Assembly (NCBI GenBank): GCA_018818425.1 | Contig: JAHISB010000002.1 | Coordinates: 2,819 to 66,818, forward strand | Direction: 5' to 3' | Origin: Patescibacteria group bacterium | GTDB taxonomy: Bacteria; Patescibacteriota; Patescibacteriia; UBA1558; UBA10009 | Length of the DNA stretch: 64,000 bases | In this document: positions 18,975 to 27,796 of the stretch, in pieces | Position numbering within the stretch: position 1 is the first letter of the stretch | Layout: each line of letters begins with the position of its first letter | Made by a program: the position numbers and the translations under genes | Notes under the pieces: model-generated | The model's input: only the letters and a program-made list of their open reading frames with translations | Database searches by the model: none | What the model was told of the DNA's origin: nothing

Positions 18975-19658
18975 ATGAATGAGCGAAAAATGGCTTTGCT
19001 TAGCCAAATTATCAAGCAATATATTAAATCTGCCACGCCTGTTGGCTCCAAACTCTTGGCCGATAAGAGCAGTTTTGATGTATCTTCCGCTACCATCCGC
19101 AACGAAATGGCCGAGCTGGAAAAAGACGGCTATATAATGCATCCGTATACTTCGGCCGGCAGAATTCCTACGGCCAAGGGCTATCAGTATTATTTAGAGC
19201 AGATTGAGGGCGGCAAGCTTTCGCAAATTGAGCAAAACTATTTATATAGGATATTAAAAAAGCATCAGGCAGACAAGAACGAAATTTTAATTAAAGAACT
19301 GGCGAAAAAGATAGTTGAACTTTCCCACAACACAGTGGTGATTGGCTTTTCGGAAAATGAGGTATACTATACCGGTATCTCAAATTTATTTTGCCAGCCG
19401 GAATTTCAAGATCCCGAAAAAATCCAGACCATGAGTTTAATTATCGACCATTTAGACAGCGTTATGTCCGATATATTCGACCAAATTCAAGAATTAGAAG
19501 TCAGAATCGGCGAAGATAATCCTTTCGACAATAATTGCAGCGTTCTCCTGATTCCATGGGGCAAGCGTAAAAAAGGCATTTTGGGCATCTTAGGACCGAT
19601 GAGGATGGATTATGAGAAGAATTTGGGCTTGGTAAATTTCATTATTCAAAATTTTTAA
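18975..19658 (+). CDS. hrcA: Heat-inducible transcription repressor HrcA (compact form)
   Basis: PVGSK, SSATIRNEMAELE, PYTSAGRIPT, LGPMRMDY; CIRCE upstream. Confidence 0.93.
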   Translation: MNERKMALLSQIIKQYIKSATPVGSKLLADKSSFDVSSATIRNEMAELEKDGYIMHPYTSAGRIPTAKGYQYYLEQIEGGKLSQIEQNYLYRILKKHQADKNEILIKELAKKIVELSHNTVVIGFSENEVYYTGISNLFCQPEFQDPEKIQTMSLIIDHLDSVMSDIFDQIQELEVRIGEDNPFDNNCSVLLIPWGKRKKGILGILGPMRMDYEKNLGLVNFIIQNF

Positions 19659-19659
19659 T

Positions 19660-19780
19660 GATCACTAACGACGCGAACTAACACGAACCTATCACGAACC
19701 GCTGACTAATTAAAGTAGGTTCGCGGTTCGCGGAGGTCAGCGAATGTTTGTGTCGTCAGTGATAAAGTGATAATTCGTGA
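19660..19780. repeat. Inverted array of degenerate C(A/G)CGAAC / GTTCGCG units
   Basis: acgcgaac, acacgaac, tcacgaac ... gttcgcg, gttcgcg, attcgtga. Confidence 0.65.
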
Positions 19781-19788
19781 AATTCAAT

Positions 19789-20292
19789 ATGGATAAACAG
19801 AAAACAGATTTAAAAGTCAAAAAAGATCATCAAAATAAACTGGAAGAGCTTCAGGCAAAGTGCGATGAATACTTAAACGGCTGGAAGCGGGCTAAAGCAG
19901 ATTATGAAAATTTTAAAAAAGAATCAGAAAAAAGAGTAACTGGCCTAGTTGAATTTGCCACTGCCGGAATGATTTTAGAAATCCTGCCGGTCCACAGTCA
20001 TTTTAAATTAGCATTGGAGCATGTGCCCGAGGATGATAAAAAAGCTGAATGGGTTCAGGGCATAATGCATATAAAAAGGGAATTTGAAGATTTTTTTAAA
20101 AAATTAGATATTGTTGAAATTAAAACTATCGGCGAAAAGTTCAATCCGGAATTTCACGAAGCGGTAAGTCATGAAGAATCGGACCAAGAAGATGATATAA
20201 TTATTAAAGAAGTTCAGCCGGGCTATATGCTTAAAGAACAGGTAATTCAGCCGGCCAAGGTCGTTGTTTCTAAACTAGTGAGTAGTGAGTAG
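19789..20292 (+). CDS. grpE: Nucleotide exchange factor GrpE
   Basis: RAKADYENFKK, FNPEFHEAV, VQPGY..VIQPAKVVV. Confidence 0.95.
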   Translation: MDKQKTDLKVKKDHQNKLEELQAKCDEYLNGWKRAKADYENFKKESEKRVTGLVEFATAGMILEILPVHSHFKLALEHVPEDDKKAEWVQGIMHIKREFEDFFKKLDIVEIKTIGEKFNPEFHEAVSHEESDQEDDIIIKEVQPGYMLKEQVIQPAKVVVSKLVSSE

Positions 20293-20309
20293 GGTGTAGG
20301 GGTAGAAGG
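20275..20309. repeat. Left arm of a ~7-nt GTAG-unit array flanking the four-helix-bundle gene
   Basis: ctagtga gtagtga gtagggt gtaggg gtagaag; overlaps the last codons of grpE. Confidence 0.7.
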
Positions 20310-20334
20310 ATTTCAATTATTAACAATTAAATAT

Positions 20335-20715
20335 ATGAAAAGCGATTTTATACAATCTTATAGGGATCTTATTGTATGGCAGAAGTCGATGGACCTAGTT
20401 AAAGTCATTTACGAATTGACTAAGCAATTTCCGGAAACAGAGAAATTTGGGCTAATATCCCAAATGAGAAGAGCGGCAGTTTCAATTCCTTCTAATATTG
20501 CCGAAGGGTTCAGAAGAGGCGCTAGAAAGGATTACCGTTACTTTCTGATAATAGCATTTGGCTCTGGCGCGGAATTAGAAACCCAAATAGAAATCTCTAA
20601 AAGGCTGGAATTTTGCAATAATTTTAACTATTCAAAAGTCGATGGTTTACTAGGGGAAATAATGAAAATATTGAATGTATTTATAAAAAAGCTAGGCAAT
20701 AGTACTACAACCTAG
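20335..20715 (+). CDS. Four helix bundle protein (23S rRNA IVP/TIGR02436-type, Avd-like fold)
   Basis: SYRDLIVWQKS, FPETEKFGLISQMRRAAVSIPSNIAEG, GSGAELETQ. Confidence 0.93.
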   Translation: MKSDFIQSYRDLIVWQKSMDLVKVIYELTKQFPETEKFGLISQMRRAAVSIPSNIAEGFRRGARKDYRYFLIIAFGSGAELETQIEISKRLEFCNNFNYSKVDGLLGEIMKILNVFIKKLGNSTTT

Positions 20716-20751
20716 TTTACTACAATCTACTCCCTACGCACTACAACCTAA
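20703..20751. repeat. Right (inverted) arm of a ~7-nt CTAC-unit array
   Basis: actacaa cctagtt tactacaa tctactc cctacgc actacaa ccta. Confidence 0.7.
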
Positions 20752-20754
20752 AAT

Positions 20755-21081
20755 ATGGACAACAAAGGACAATTCAGTTTAAAGCTAATCCAAAAATGCC
20801 CGGTCTGCAATCACGATTATCTGGAGGGCAAAATTCAGATTCTTGAAGAAGCCGATGTCAGCTTTTTGGCTTATTTGACTTGCGGCCATTGCCATTCCAG
20901 CATTATCGTCAGGGTTATGACTCTGCCACACGGCATGGTGGGCAATGCCATACTTACCGACCTTTCCAGCGATGAAGTGGGAAAATTCTCCGAAGCCGAG
21001 GTTTTAAACAGCAACGAAGTTTTACAAGTTTATCAGGAGCTTTGGCAAAGCGAGGGGTTTTTGGAGAAGATGAAACAATAA
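20755..21081 (+). CDS. Hypothetical zinc-ribbon protein
   Basis: CPVC...CGHC pairs; lies between grpE and dnaK. Confidence 0.7.
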   Translation: MDNKGQFSLKLIQKCPVCNHDYLEGKIQILEEADVSFLAYLTCGHCHSSIIVRVMTLPHGMVGNAILTDLSSDEVGKFSEAEVLNSNEVLQVYQELWQSEGFLEKMKQ

Positions 21082-21163
21082 TCACAGATAGTTCACGGAT
21101 GAATCACTGATGACTCACGGATATAATTATTAACATTTTATTATTAATTTAAAGATAAATATT

Positions 21164-23137
21164 ATGTCAAAAATACTAGGTATCGACCTCGGTACCACAA
21201 ATTCCGCCATGGCCATTATGGAAGGCGGACAGCCGAAAATTTTAGAAAATAAAGAAGGCAACAGAACCACCCCTTCGATGACGGCTATTTCTAAAAACGG
21301 CGATCGTTTGGTCGGCCAGTTAGCTAAACGCCAGGCCGTAACCAATCCGGAGAACACTTTATTTTCCATTAAGCGCTTAATCGGCAGAAAGTTTGAAGAC
21401 GAGGAAGTCCAGCGCGATATTAAAACCATGCCTTATAAAATTATTAAGGCGGGCCCTTCGGCAGGCTCAGGAGGGACCGAAGGCGTAAAAGTCATTATGA
21501 GCGATAAGGAATATACGCCCCAGGAAATTTCGGCCATGATTCTGCAAAAGCTTAAAGCAGACGCCGAAGCCAAGCTGGGCGAAAAAATAGAGGAAGCGGT
21601 TATAACCGTGCCTGCTTACTTTGACGATTCGCAAAGGCAGGCCACCAAAGACGCTGGAGAAATTGCCGGCTTTAAAGTCAGGCGCATTATCAACGAGCCC
21701 ACGGCCGCGGCTTTGGCCTACGGTTTTGACAAAAAAAAGAATCAACAGATCGCCGTTTACGATTTAGGCGGCGGCACTTTCGATATTTCTGTTTTGGATG
21801 TTTCCGAAGATACCGTGGAAGTTAAATCCACCAACGGCGACACTCACTTAGGCGGTGATGATTTTGATCAGAAAATTATCAACTGGATCATTGATGAATT
21901 TAATAAAGACCAGGGCATTAATCTGACCGGTGATGCCATGGCCATGCAGAGAGTTAAAGAAGCTGCCGAAAAAGCCAAGGTTGAACTTTCTACCTCTACG
22001 GAAACCGAAATCAACCAGCCCTTTATCACCACCGATGCCAACGGTCCAAAACATTTGGTTTTAAAATTAACCAGAGCCAAGCTTGAAGAGCTGGTCGGCA
22101 ATTTAGTTGATAAAACCTTTGAGTCAGTCGATTTAGCTATCAAAGATTCCGGCTTTAAAAAAGAAGAAATTGACGAAGTAGTTTTAGTGGGCGGCATGAC
22201 CAGAATGCCCATGGTGCAAAAGAAAGTTGAGGAATTCTTTGGCAAAAAGCCGAATATCAGCGTTAATCCGGATGAAGTGGTGGCTTTGGGCGCGGCTGTG
22301 CAGGCCGGCGTTTTGCAGGGCGATGTTAAAGATGTGCTGCTTTTAGATGTTACCCCGTTGACCTTGGGCATAGAAACTTTAGGCGGAGTCAGAACTCCTT
22401 TAATTGAAAAAAATACCACCATTCCCACTTCCAAATCCCAGATATTTTCCACGGCCGCCGACAGCCAGACCTCGGTAGAAATTCATGTTTTGCAGGGCGA
22501 AAGGGAAATGGCCGAAGACAATAAAACTTTGGGCCGGTTTATCCTTTCGGGCATTCTTCCCGCTCCTCGCGGGGTTCCTCAAGTGGAAGTTACTTTTGAT
22601 ATAGACGCTAACGGCATTGTCAACGTCAAAGCGGCAGATAAAGCCACCGGCAAGGAGCAATCAATTACCATTACCGCCTCATCCGGGCTTTCCAAAGATG
22701 AAGTGGAAAAAATGAAAAAAGAAGCCGAGCTTAATGCCGAAGAGGATAAAAAGAAAAGGGAACTGGTTGATGCCAAAAATAATGCCGATTCCGCCATCTT
22801 CCAGACCGAAAAAATCCTTAAAGAATCAGGCGACAAAGTCCCGGCAGATGTTAAAAAAGAAGTAACTGAAAAAATGGAAGCTTTGAAAAAAGTCAAAGAC
22901 GGCAACGATGCCGCAGTCATCAATAAAGCGTTGGAAGATATGAATCAAACAGTGCAGAAGATTGGGCAGGCCATGTATCAATCTCAACAAGCTGGACAGA
23001 CACCCCCAACTGGCAATCAAGAACCCCAGCCATCAACCTATGGTCAGCCATCCGAAGAAAAGAAGTCTGATGGACCGGTTGAGGCAGAATTTGAAGACGT
23101 CAAAGACGATCAGAAACCAGAAGAACCAAGTAAGTAA
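21164..23137 (+). CDS. dnaK: Molecular chaperone DnaK
   Basis: [43 protein letters not shown]. Confidence 0.99.
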   Translation: MSKILGIDLGTTNSAMAIMEGGQPKILENKEGNRTTPSMTAISKNGDRLVGQLAKRQAVTNPENTLFSIKRLIGRKFEDEEVQRDIKTMPYKIIKAGPSAGSGGTEGVKVIMSDKEYTPQEISAMILQKLKADAEAKLGEKIEEAVITVPAYFDDSQRQATKDAGEIAGFKVRRIINEPTAAALAYGFDKKKNQQIAVYDLGGGTFDISVLDVSEDTVEVKSTNGDTHLGGDDFDQKIINWIIDEFNKDQGINLTGDAMAMQRVKEAAEKAKVELSTSTETEINQPFITTDANGPKHLVLKLTRAKLEELVGNLVDKTFESVDLAIKDSGFKKEEIDEVVLVGGMTRMPMVQKKVEEFFGKKPNISVNPDEVVALGAAVQAGVLQGDVKDVLLLDVTPLTLGIETLGGVRTPLIEKNTTIPTSKSQIFSTAADSQTSVEIHVLQGEREMAEDNKTLGRFILSGILPAPRGVPQVEVTFDIDANGIVNVKAADKATGKEQSITITASSGLSKDEVEKMKKEAELNAEEDKKKRELVDAKNNADSAIFQTEKILKESGDKVPADVKKEVTEKMEALKKVKDGNDAAVINKALEDMNQTVQKIGQAMYQSQQAGQTPPTGNQEPQPSTYGQPSEEKKSDGPVEAEFEDVKDDQKPEEPSK

Positions 23138-23213
23138 TATATAATCGGATAGGCCGGCGGGTTTATCCCGCCGTTCGCGAATAGCGGGGTTTATCCTTTC
23201 GCTTTAGAATAAT

Positions 23214-23948
23214 ATGAAACCATCTGATATAAAAAAAATCGTTAAAGAAAAATATCAGAAAATTGCCAGAAGTAGCGGCGGTTGTGGTTGCAGTTGCCAG
23301 AATCAGAGTGTATCTAAAAACATTGGTTACTCTAATGAAGAACTACAAACCGTTGGCCAAGCCAATATGGGCTTAGGTTGTGGCAATCCCATTGCTTTAA
23401 GTAAAATAAAAGAAGGCGATGTAGTAGTAGATTTAGGCAGTGGCGCTGGCATTGACTGTATTTTAGCCAGTAAGAAAGTTGGCTCAGCCGGCAAAGTTAT
23501 TGGCATAGACATGACCGAAGAAATGATAGCCAAGGCAGAAGCTAACGTAAAAAATTTAGGTCTATTTAATATTGAATTTATGCTGTCGGATATAGAAGAT
23601 TTACCGCTTAACAATGAATCTGCCGATGTCATTATTAGTAATTGCGTAATTAATTTGGCGCCGGATAAGTTAAAAGTTTTTATAGAATCTAACAGAATTT
23701 TAAAACCCGGCGGCAGAATGTATGTATCTGACATTGTACTGTTAAAAGAATTATCAGAAATACAAAGTAAAGACAAAGAGCTGATTTCAGGTTGCGTAGC
23801 CGGCGCTCTGCTTAAAGAAGATTATATAAATAAATTATCCCAAGCTGGATTTAAAATTAATATTCTTTCCGAAAATAAGGATATCAGCAAAGAGCAGTAT
23901 CAAGCCATTCCTTTAGAGAGTATTATGATAGAAGCAATAAAACAGTAA
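23214..23948 (+). CDS. arsM: Arsenite methyltransferase ArsM-like SAM methyltransferase
   Basis: N-terminal CGCSC, GLGCGNP, DLGSGAGID, IISNCVINLAPDK, GCVAGA. Confidence 0.82.
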   Translation: MKPSDIKKIVKEKYQKIARSSGGCGCSCQNQSVSKNIGYSNEELQTVGQANMGLGCGNPIALSKIKEGDVVVDLGSGAGIDCILASKKVGSAGKVIGIDMTEEMIAKAEANVKNLGLFNIEFMLSDIEDLPLNNESADVIISNCVINLAPDKLKVFIESNRILKPGGRMYVSDIVLLKELSEIQSKDKELISGCVAGALLKEDYINKLSQAGFKINILSENKDISKEQYQAIPLESIMIEAIKQ

Positions 23949-23957
23949 AGAATATTT

Positions 23958-24044
23958 ATGGGCAAAGACTGCTACAAAACACTGGGCGTAGATAAAAACG
24001 CCTCTCGGCTTCGCTCGAGACTTTTAAGAATGACAAAAAAGTAA
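23958..24044 (+). pseudogene. Diverged remnant of the dnaJ 5' end fused to a palindromic element
   Basis: MGKDCYKTLGVDKNAS versus DnaJ MSKDYYNTLGINKEAS, then TCTCGGCTTCGCTCGAGA...GAATGACA and a stop. Confidence 0.8.
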
Positions 24045-24054
24045 GCAAATAAAC

Positions 24055-25161
24055 ATGAGTAAAGACTATTACAACACACTTGGTATTAACAAAGAAGCCA
24101 GTCAGGAAGAAATTAAGAAAGCTTTTCGCAAGAAAGCCCACGAACATCATCCGGACAAAGGCAATGGCAATGCCGACAAGTTTAAGGAAGTCAACGAAGC
24201 TTATCAGGTTTTGGGCAAGCCGGAAAAACGCCGGCAGTACGACCAGTTTGGCACCACTTTTGAAGGCATGGGCGGACAGGCCGCTTATGATGCGGGCTTT
24301 GACTGGGCCGATATGTTCAGGCAGGGCGGTCCTTCTTCTGGTTATAGAACTTCCGGCTTTAATATTAATTTTGATGATTTAGGCGATATCTTCGGCGACT
24401 TTTTCGGCGGGTCAAGAACATCCGGAAGATCCTCAAGGGGCGTGGACATGGAAGCCAGTTTAACCATTGGCTTTGAAGAGGCGGTTTTTGGCATAGAAAA
24501 AGTTTTAGATATTTCCAAGCAGATAGTCTGCGATAAGTGCCGCGGCAACGGAGCCGAGCCCAATACCAAAATCATCAACTGCAAAACCTGCGGTGGCAGC
24601 GGCCAGGTGACCACTACCCAGCAAACATTTTTTGGCGCCTTTCGCTCTAATTCAGTTTGTCAAAATTGCGGCGGTGAAGGCAAGGTTTCCGAAAAAAAAT
24701 GTACTCAATGTCATGGTTCCGGCGTAACCCAGGGCCAAGAAAGAATCAAGGTTAAAATTCCGGCCGGCATCAGCAACAATGAAACCATCAAGCTCTCGGG
24801 CAAAGGCGAGGCCGGGGTCAGCGGTTTGCCGGCGGGCGATTTATATATTCATATTACGGTTCCGCCTCATCATCAGTTTTCCAGAGAGGGCGATAATATT
24901 TTCACCGCTAAAAACATCAGTTTTAGCCAGGCCGCGCTGGGCGCTAAAGTCAGAGTTAAAACTTTAGACGGCGAGGTGAATTTAAAAATTCCGTCCGGCA
25001 CCCAGTCGGGCAGGCAGTTTATTTTAAAAAACAAGGGCTCTCATAAACTCCGGGGCCGGGGCAGGGGAGATATGATTGTGGAAGTCAAAATTCAGGTTCC
25101 CGGTAATCTTTCCCAAAAGCAGAAAAAATTATTGGAAGAGTTAGCTGATGAAGGACTCTAA
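24055..25161 (+). CDS. dnaJ: Molecular chaperone DnaJ
   Basis: J domain HPD, G/F region, four CxxCxGxG repeats. Confidence 0.98.
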   Translation: MSKDYYNTLGINKEASQEEIKKAFRKKAHEHHPDKGNGNADKFKEVNEAYQVLGKPEKRRQYDQFGTTFEGMGGQAAYDAGFDWADMFRQGGPSSGYRTSGFNINFDDLGDIFGDFFGGSRTSGRSSRGVDMEASLTIGFEEAVFGIEKVLDISKQIVCDKCRGNGAEPNTKIINCKTCGGSGQVTTTQQTFFGAFRSNSVCQNCGGEGKVSEKKCTQCHGSGVTQGQERIKVKIPAGISNNETIKLSGKGEAGVSGLPAGDLYIHITVPPHHQFSREGDNIFTAKNISFSQAALGAKVRVKTLDGEVNLKIPSGTQSGRQFILKNKGSHKLRGRGRGDMIVEVKIQVPGNLSQKQKKLLEELADEGL

Positions 25162-25164
25162 AAA

Positions 25165-25279
25165 ATTCCAAGGACCAAAATTAAAAGATCCAAACAATTT
25201 TCAAAATAAAAAATAAAAAGTTTATTATTTCGGTTCTTTTGATTTGTTTGGTTCTTCGGTTCTTTTGATTTGGTTCTTT
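25165..25279. repeat. Inverted array (GGACCAA/GAACCAA-like versus TTGGTTC); related copy at 58160-58290
   Basis: Shared core TTATTTCGGT(T/C)CTTTTGATTTGTTTG at both loci. Confidence 0.65.
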
Positions 25280-25349
25280 TCTTGTTATAATAAAAGTGTA
25301 GGGGTAGGTATGCGCCTCGGCGCGCTACAATATACCACTATTTTTGATT

Positions 25350-25973
25350 ATGTTGATAACTTCGACAGAAGAATTAATCACTTCAAACAGCAGAGAGCTG
25401 TTTATTTCGGCGCAGGATACCGCCGGCCAGGCCGGGGATTTTTTCAGCCATTTAGACTGGTCCGCGCCCAGCTGGGATTTATTCATTATTCTGTTTTTTT
25501 TAATAGCTTCGTTAATTTACGGCCTGTCGCTGGGCAGGGACAGAATCGTAATTATCCTAGTTTCTATTTATATGGCGCTGGCCGTGGTGGATTACGCGCC
25601 TTTTGCCGAGAAATTGATTGAAGGAACCTCTTTGGAGGGTTTCTTTTTATTTAGGGTAGTTTCGTTTATAGCGGTGTTTCTGCTGTTATTTTTTATTCTG
25701 GCCCAGTCGGCCCTTTTAAACACCTTTGCTTCCCGCAATGCTTCCCGCAGCTGGTGGCAGACCATTGTTTTCAGCATTCTCCACGTAGGGCTGATTATCA
25801 GCATCACCCTGTCGTTTCTGCCGGAATCGTTTGTTAACGAACTTTCGGATTTTACCTACCGGCTGTTTGCCACGGAAACGGCCAGGTTTGTTTGGATAAT
25901 TCTGCCCATCATTGCCATGGCCTTTATCAGAAAACCCCGCCGCAGACGGCGCGACATTGACGAATATCTTTAA
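25350..25973 (+). CDS. Hypothetical membrane protein (CvpA-like topology)
   Basis: About 5 TM helices and a basic tail. Confidence 0.6.
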   Translation: MLITSTEELITSNSRELFISAQDTAGQAGDFFSHLDWSAPSWDLFIILFFLIASLIYGLSLGRDRIVIILVSIYMALAVVDYAPFAEKLIEGTSLEGFFLFRVVSFIAVFLLLFFILAQSALLNTFASRNASRSWWQTIVFSILHVGLIISITLSFLPESFVNELSDFTYRLFATETARFVWIILPIIAMAFIRKPRRRRRDIDEYL

Positions 25974-25974
25974 T

Positions 25975-26112
25975 CCGAATATATCACTAATAAATCACGA
26001 ATAATCTCACGAATATGTCACGAATTCACGAATAATCGCGAATAAAAAACTATTAGCGAATTCGTGTGATATTAGAGATGCAGATTAGCGATTTATTAGA
26101 GATATATTCGTG
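25975..26112. repeat. Inverted array of CACGAAT / ATTCGTG-ATTAGCG units between convergent genes
   Basis: tcacgaat x4 and tcgcgaat, then attagcg, attcgtg, attagag, attagcg, attagag, attcgtg. Confidence 0.75.
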
Positions 26113-27717
26113 TTATTTTATTTTGAACACACTGCTGTCATCAGTTTCAATTTTTTTTTCAAAGAATTCCGGACTCGCTTCCAGGAATTTTTTAAAATCC
26201 TGGTAGATGAAGTAATCGTTAATCCAGATGTATTCAGAATTAAATTGAGTTTTGATGGTTTGGGCGATCATAGCCGGTTGCCGCTGTTCGGCCATACAGC
26301 CCGAGGCCGTTAAATCATCCAAATCAATTAAATCGGCCGGCGCGTTGCAGGCGATTGATTTTTCGGTGATGTTGCGCCAAAGCCAGTAGAGGTTTTTGTC
26401 GTATAAATACATAAAGGTCGGGTCCAGGCCGACAATATAGTAGTTATGGTGATTATGAAAAAATAGTCTGGGGAAAGCATCCCAGGCAGTATGAAAAACT
26501 ATTGATTTTTCAGGGGTGTTGTTTTCAAGCCATTCGGCTGTTTGTTGGTAGCGGCTAATGGGGCAGGCATTTTTATACCCTAAATAGGCTTTTTTTACTG
26601 GTAAAAAGATAAGTGAAAAAAAAGTTAAAATCAATAAAGCTTTGAAAACTGGTTTTCTTATATATTTTTTAAAATCATTTATTAAGTTCTGTTGTTCATA
26701 AGATACCAGTGATTTTTTAAGCAAAGTAAAAGTATGAGCTGTTAAAAGAATTGTAAACGGGACAAAGTATTCTATAAAACGGATTGATTCAATAGTCCAG
26801 AGGCCGTAAAATATTGCTAAAATAAAGAGGGTATAGAGCAATATTTTTTCATTCATAGAGGCAATTTTCTTTTTTAAATAAATAGTTAGGATCCCACATA
26901 TAATTATCATGAAAGAAACTAAAAAAGTATCTTGAAAAAAAGTCAAAGAAGCATGAGCCTGTTCTTGTCCAACAGCCACTCCAGCATTTATTAAATTTAG
27001 ATAAAGAAGATCAAATGTTTGCTGAAAATTAAGAATAACAATATTTGGAAAGTCAGGCCTAATAATCAAAGTTAAAATTAGTGCCAGAAGAGGATAAGTA
27101 TAATATTTTAAATACAGTTTTTTAGTAAACAACCATTCAATAACCGTATAGATAATAATAATGATAAATATTTGTAACCAGCCAGCGTAACTAAGACAAT
27201 AAATTGTTGAAGAAAAAAATAAGAGTCCAAATTTTTTATTATGAACTGCATAAAGAATAATTAGAGTAAGAATAATAGAGATTAAAAAAGGCCGGGAAAT
27301 AAATAGTCGGAAAAAGAATATTGAAGAAGAAAATAATAAGAGGGTCAGCCACAATGTGTGATTTTTTATATCTAGTTTTTTTAAAAAAAATATAAAAAAG
27401 TTTATAAAGAAGAGCAATAATATAAGAACTAAAATTTTTACTGCAATAATTGGGTTTAAAAAAAGAAGCAAAGGATAAAGCAATAAATGGTAACCCAACG
27501 ATAAATCCGCAGGGAACAAGCTCCAGCTGGTATATTGAAACCAAGGAAGCTCGTTAATAACGTTTAAACCGTCCGTATTAAATAATTGAGAAATTTTAAG
27601 ATGATAAAAAATATCAGTGCCAATTATTGTTGGGCGAATAAATAAAATAAAAGTAAATAAAATCAGCAATAATAGATTGTAATAGATAATGGGCTTATTT
27701 TTGATAGCCTTGAACAT
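26113..27717 (-). CDS. Polytopic membrane protein, probable GT-C-fold glycosyltransferase
   Basis: About 12 TM helices; first loop D.FYH; C-terminal WLENNTP...WD.FP.LF...GLDPTF. Likely start ATG 27717. Confidence 0.6.
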   Translation of the reverse strand: MFKAIKNKPIIYYNLLLLILFTFILFIRPTIIGTDIFYHLKISQLFNTDGLNVINELPWFQYTSWSLFPADLSLGYHLLLYPLLLFLNPIIAVKILVLILLLFFINFFIFFLKKLDIKNHTLWLTLLLFSSSIFFFRLFISRPFLISIILTLIILYAVHNKKFGLLFFSSTIYCLSYAGWLQIFIIIIIYTVIEWLFTKKLYLKYYTYPLLALILTLIIRPDFPNIVILNFQQTFDLLYLNLINAGVAVGQEQAHASLTFFQDTFLVSFMIIICGILTIYLKKKIASMNEKILLYTLFILAIFYGLWTIESIRFIEYFVPFTILLTAHTFTLLKKSLVSYEQQNLINDFKKYIRKPVFKALLILTFFSLIFLPVKKAYLGYKNACPISRYQQTAEWLENNTPEKSIVFHTAWDAFPRLFFHNHHNYYIVGLDPTFMYLYDKNLYWLWRNITEKSIACNAPADLIDLDDLTASGCMAEQRQPAMIAQTIKTQFNSEYIWINDYFIYQDFKKFLEASPEFFEKKIETDDSSVFKIK

Positions 27718-27741
27718 TATTATTATTATAAACTTTTTAGT

Positions 27742-27777
27742 AAAAAAAAGAAGGGGCAAACCTTGCGGTTTACCCCT
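27742..27777 (-). terminator. Intrinsic terminator of the 3-gene ORFan operon
   Basis: Minus strand AGGGGTAAACC-GCAA-GGTTTGCCCCT followed by TCTTTTTTTT. Confidence 0.85.
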
Positions 27778-27796
27778 ATTGTTGACGATGTTATCG

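Noticed and set aside
21130-23020. Antisense ORFs over dnaK (likewise over the ABC, dnaJ and ATPase genes)
   Set aside because: They are shadow frames of well-supported genes with no recognisable motifs.
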